Shown here piece by piece: positions 32,614 through 35,718 of a stretch of 35,718 nt of DNA. The translations under genes were made by a program, and so were the position numbers. This stretch comes from Betaproteobacteria bacterium (lineage in GTDB: Bacteria > Pseudomonadota > Gammaproteobacteria > Burkholderiales > SG8-41). The notes below the pieces were generated by a model that searched no databases, had not been told where the DNA came from, and saw only the letters and a list, made by a program, of their open reading frames with translations. Positions within the stretch are counted from its first letter, which is position 1. Every line of letters begins with the position of its first letter. The stretch covers positions 1-35,718 of the forward strand of contig JAHFRO010000023.1 in the NCBI GenBank assembly GCA_023266245.1. Direction: 5' to 3'.

Positions 32614-34620
32614 ATGAACACCCGGGTTGAACTTGCCAACGCGATACGCGCGCTGGCGATGGACGCCGTACAGCAGGCGAACTCCGGCCATCCCGGCATG
32701 CCGATGGGCATGGCGGAGATCGCGGAAGTGCTGTGGAACCACCACCTGCGGCACAACCCGGGCAACCCGGCGTGGCCGAACCGGGACCGCTTTGTGCTCT
32801 CGAACGGCCACGGCTCGATGCTGCTCTACGCGCTGTTGCACCTCACCGGCTACGACTTGCCGATGGCAGAGCTCAAGCGCTTCCGGCAGCTGCACTCGAA
32901 GACCCCGGGGCATCCCGAGTACCGCTGCGCGCCGGGCGTGGAGACCACCACCGGGCCGCTCGGCCAGGGCATCTCGAACGCGGTGGGCATGGCGCTCGCC
33001 GAAAGGCTGCTCGCGGCCGAGTTCAACCGGCCCGGGCTCGACATCGTTGACCACCACACCTATGTCTTCCTCGGCGACGGCTGCATGATGGAGGGCGCTT
33101 CGCACGAAGCCTGCGCGCTCGCGGGCACCTTGGGCCTGGGCAAGCTCATCGCCGTGTACGACGACAACGGCATCTCGATCGATTCGGACAAGGGCAACAT
33201 CCGCCAGTGGTACACCGACGACGTGCGGCGCCGCTTCGAGGCCTACGGCTGGCAGGTGATCCCGAACGTTGACGGCCACGACGTGGAGGCGGTGGACCGG
33301 GCGCTGAAGAAGGCGAAGCGCGAGAAAGCGCGACCGACGCTCATCTGGGCGAAGACCGTGATCGCGAAGGGCGCGCCGACCAAGGCGAACACTGGCGCCG
33401 CGCACGGCGCGGCGCTCGGCGAGAAGGAGGTCGCCGCCACCCGCGAGGCGATCGGCTGGCGCCACCCTGCGTTCGAGATCCCGCAGCACGTGTATGAGGG
33501 CTGGGACGCGCGCCAGCGCGGCGCGTCCGCCGAGCGGCGCTGGAAACGGCTCTTCGCCGCCTACGAAAAGCAGTACCCGGTGGAGGCGGCCGAGTTCCGC
33601 CGCCGCACCGCGGGCGAGCTTCCACAAGATTTCCGCGCGCGGGTAGATGCGCTCGTCAAGGAGCTCGACTCCAAGGCGGAGGCGGTCGCGACGCGCAAGG
33701 CATCGCAGACCGTGCTCGAGACGCTCGCGCCCTCGCTGCCCGAGCTCGTCGGCGGCTCGGCCGACCTCACCGGCTCGAACCTCACCATGGTGAACACCTC
33801 GAAGGTGGTCGGGCGCGAGGGCGGCGGCAACTACATCTTCTACGGCGTGCGCGAGTTCGGCATGTGCGCCGTGATGAGCGGGCTCGCGTTGCACGGCGGT
33901 TTCATTCCCTACGGCGGCACATTCCTGGTGTTCTCCGATTACGCGAGAAGCGCGCTGCGCCTGGCGGCGCTCATGGGCGTGCGCGTGATCTACGTATTCA
34001 CGCACGATTCCATCGGTCTGGGCGAGGACGGGCCGACGCACCAGCCGATCGAGCACGCGGCGAGCCTGCGGCTCATGCCCAACATGGAGGTGTGGCGGCC
34101 GTGCGACACGGTGGAGTCAGCCGTGGCGTGGGCCGCCGCGATCGGGCGCAAGGACGGGCCGACGAGCCTCCTGCTCACGCGCCAGAGCGTGCCATTCGTC
34201 AAGCGCGAGCCGCAGCAGCTCGAATGGATACGCCGCGGCGGCTACATCCTCGCGGAGGCGGCGGGCGCCGCGCCGCAGTGCATCGTGATCGCGACGGGCT
34301 CGGAGGTGAGCGTCGCGCTCGAGGCGCGGAAGCTGCTCGCGGCCGAAGGCGTCGCCGTTCGAGTCGTCTCCATGCCCTCGACCGGCGTGTTCGACCGCCA
34401 GGACGAGGCGTACCGCGCCGGCGTGCTGCCGCGTGGCGTGCCGCGGGTGGCGGTGGAGGCGGGCGTGCCGGATTTCTGGCGCAAGTACGTCGGGCTCGAG
34501 GGCGCGGTGGTGGGAATCGACCGCTTCGGCGAATCGGCGCCGGGAGGCGAGCTGTTCAAGTATTTCGACTTCACCGCGGCCCATGTCGCCAAGGCGGTGA
34601 AAGGCGTAATAGCAAGGTAG
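32614..34620 (+). CDS. tkt: Transketolase
   Basis: 668 aa from the ATG at 32614, with the SD AAGGAAG 6 nt upstream. It has the motifs [18 protein letters not shown] and GDGCMMEG (TPP binding). Confidence 0.96.
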   Translation: MNTRVELANAIRALAMDAVQQANSGHPGMPMGMAEIAEVLWNHHLRHNPGNPAWPNRDRFVLSNGHGSMLLYALLHLTGYDLPMAELKRFRQLHSKTPGHPEYRCAPGVETTTGPLGQGISNAVGMALAERLLAAEFNRPGLDIVDHHTYVFLGDGCMMEGASHEACALAGTLGLGKLIAVYDDNGISIDSDKGNIRQWYTDDVRRRFEAYGWQVIPNVDGHDVEAVDRALKKAKREKARPTLIWAKTVIAKGAPTKANTGAAHGAALGEKEVAATREAIGWRHPAFEIPQHVYEGWDARQRGASAERRWKRLFAAYEKQYPVEAAEFRRRTAGELPQDFRARVDALVKELDSKAEAVATRKASQTVLETLAPSLPELVGGSADLTGSNLTMVNTSKVVGREGGGNYIFYGVREFGMCAVMSGLALHGGFIPYGGTFLVFSDYARSALRLAALMGVRVIYVFTHDSIGLGEDGPTHQPIEHAASLRLMPNMEVWRPCDTVESAVAWAAAIGRKDGPTSLLLTRQSVPFVKREPQQLEWIRRGGYILAEAAGAAPQCIVIATGSEVSVALEARKLLAAEGVAVRVVSMPSTGVFDRQDEAYRAGVLPRGVPRVAVEAGVPDFWRKYVGLEGAVVGIDRFGESAPGGELFKYFDFTAAHVAKAVKGVIAR

Positions 34621-34650
34621 AATTCGGCTATCGGAATCGGGAGAACGCTC

Positions 34651-35694
34651 ATGACCATCAGGGTCGCGATCAACGGCTACGGCCGCATCGGCCGCAACAT
34701 CCTGCGCGCGCACTACGAGGGCGGCAAGAAGCACCCGATCGAAATCGTCGCGCTGAATGACCTGGGGGACGCGAATATCAACGCCCATCTCACCCGCTAT
34801 GACTCCGCCCATGGACGGTTTGCCGGCAAGGTCGAGGTGGACGGCGATCACCTGGTGGTGAACGGTGATCGCATCCGCGTCTGCGCGCAGAAGGACCCGG
34901 CGCAGCTGCCGTGGAAGGAGATGAGCGTGGACGTGGTGCTGGAATGCACCGGGCTATTCACCAGCAAGGCCAGGGCGCAAGCGCATCTTACTGCCGGCGC
35001 CAAGCGCGTCATCCTCTCGGCGCCCGGTGAAAAGGACGTGGACGCAACCGTGGTCTACGGCGTCAATCACCATCTGCTCAAGCCCTCGCACACGGTGATC
35101 TCGAACGCCTCCTGCACCACCAATTGCCTGGCGCCGCTGGTGAAAGCGCTCGATGACCGCATCGGCGTCGTCTCCGGCCTGATGACCACGGTGCACGCTT
35201 ACACCAACGACCAGGTCCTCATCGACGTCTACCACAAGGATCTGCGCCGCGCGCGCGCCGCGACCATGTCCATGATTCCCACCAAGACCGGCGCCGCCGC
35301 GGCGGTGGGGTTGGTGCTGCCGCACTTGAACGGCAAGCTTGACGGCTTCGCGATCCGGGTGCCGACCATCAACGTCTCGATCGTGGACCTCGCCTTCATC
35401 GCCAGGCGGCCCACCTCGGTGGACGAAGTGAACCAAGCGGTCAAGGAGGCGGCTGCGAGCGATCTCAAGGGCATCCTCGAGTACAGCACTGAGCCGCTGG
35501 TATCGGTGGACTTCAACCATAACCCGGCCTCCTCGATCTTCGACGCGACGCTCACCAAGGTCGCCGAAGGCACGTTGGTCAAGGTTTGCTCTTGGTACGA
35601 CAACGAGTGGGGCTTCAGCAATCGCATGCTGGATACGACCGTGGCGTTCGTGAAGGCCGCGGCTGACACCGGCGCCAAGAAAGTCGCGGCATAA
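34651..35694 (+). CDS. gap: Type I glyceraldehyde-3-phosphate dehydrogenase
   Basis: 347 aa. It has the NAD motif [10 protein letters not shown] and the catalytic [12 protein letters not shown]. The tkt-gap linkage is typical of a Calvin/pentose-phosphate cluster. Confidence 0.96.
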   Translation: MTIRVAINGYGRIGRNILRAHYEGGKKHPIEIVALNDLGDANINAHLTRYDSAHGRFAGKVEVDGDHLVVNGDRIRVCAQKDPAQLPWKEMSVDVVLECTGLFTSKARAQAHLTAGAKRVILSAPGEKDVDATVVYGVNHHLLKPSHTVISNASCTTNCLAPLVKALDDRIGVVSGLMTTVHAYTNDQVLIDVYHKDLRRARAATMSMIPTKTGAAAAVGLVLPHLNGKLDGFAIRVPTINVSIVDLAFIARRPTSVDEVNQAVKEAAASDLKGILEYSTEPLVSVDFNHNPASSIFDATLTKVAEGTLVKVCSWYDNEWGFSNRMLDTTVAFVKAAADTGAKKVAA

Positions 35695-35718
35695 ATGTCT
35701 GATCCGTGAAACGTGAAA

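Noticed and set aside
30955-34056. A 1033-aa minus-strand ORF running antisense through the IR element, ntrX, the ntrX-tkt spacer and most of tkt.
   Set aside because: Its codons are exactly phase-aligned with the sense codons of both ntrX (31276) and tkt (32614); all three coordinates are 1 mod 3. In that phase, antisense stops arise only from sense TTA, CTA or TCA codons, which a GC-rich genome avoids. The product is Arg/Ala/Leu/Gly/His-rich low-complexity sequence with no motifs. It is a shadow ORF.
35706-35718. GTGAAACGTGAAA at the right window edge, and CGTTTCACG at the rpmH start (14730-14738), considered as additional parS sites.
   Set aside because: Each contains only one parS half-site and neither is palindromic. 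The first is cut by the window end. The second is simply the GTG-AAA-CGG coding start of L34.

Overview
This is a GC-rich proteobacterial chromosome segment covering the replication-origin neighbourhood. The gene order (def-fmt-rsmB-DUF4390-ntrY-ntrX, tkt-gap) points to a betaproteobacterium. On the minus strand, left to right, lie the atp operon (atpI-B-E-F-H-A-G-D, with atpD cut by the window edge), parB, parA, rsmG, mnmG, two parS sites, mnmE, yidC, rnpA and rpmH. The strand then switches to dnaA-dnaN-gyrB on plus. A convergent TopB-like type IA topoisomerase, dprA and a LysM protein follow on minus. The window ends with def-fmt-rsmB-DUF4390-ntrY-ntrX-tkt-gap on plus. Housekeeping genes account for almost every base. 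I see no novel multi-gene protein system: no defence, toxin-antitoxin, secretion, phage or CRISPR content, and no tRNA or rRNA. What ordinary annotation leaves unexplained is mostly non-coding: (1) a 412-bp unit with 21-nt terminal inverted repeats fills an abnormal 431-bp gap between ntrY and ntrX; (2) a ~94-bp palindromic array of octamer repeats sits in the atpG-atpD spacer; (3) the dnaA-dnaN spacer has DnaA boxes, a GC cluster, in-register TAG trios and an AT-rich tract, which fits an oriC unwinding module; (4) rnpA has no ATG/GTG/TTG start, and yidD and smg are missing from their usual slots; (5) NtrX has lost its Walker A, Walker B and GAFTGA motifs. The many long antisense ORFs, up to 1033 aa, are codon-aligned shadow ORFs. 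Copy numbers, homology and statistics could not be computed here, and each finding names the decisive check.
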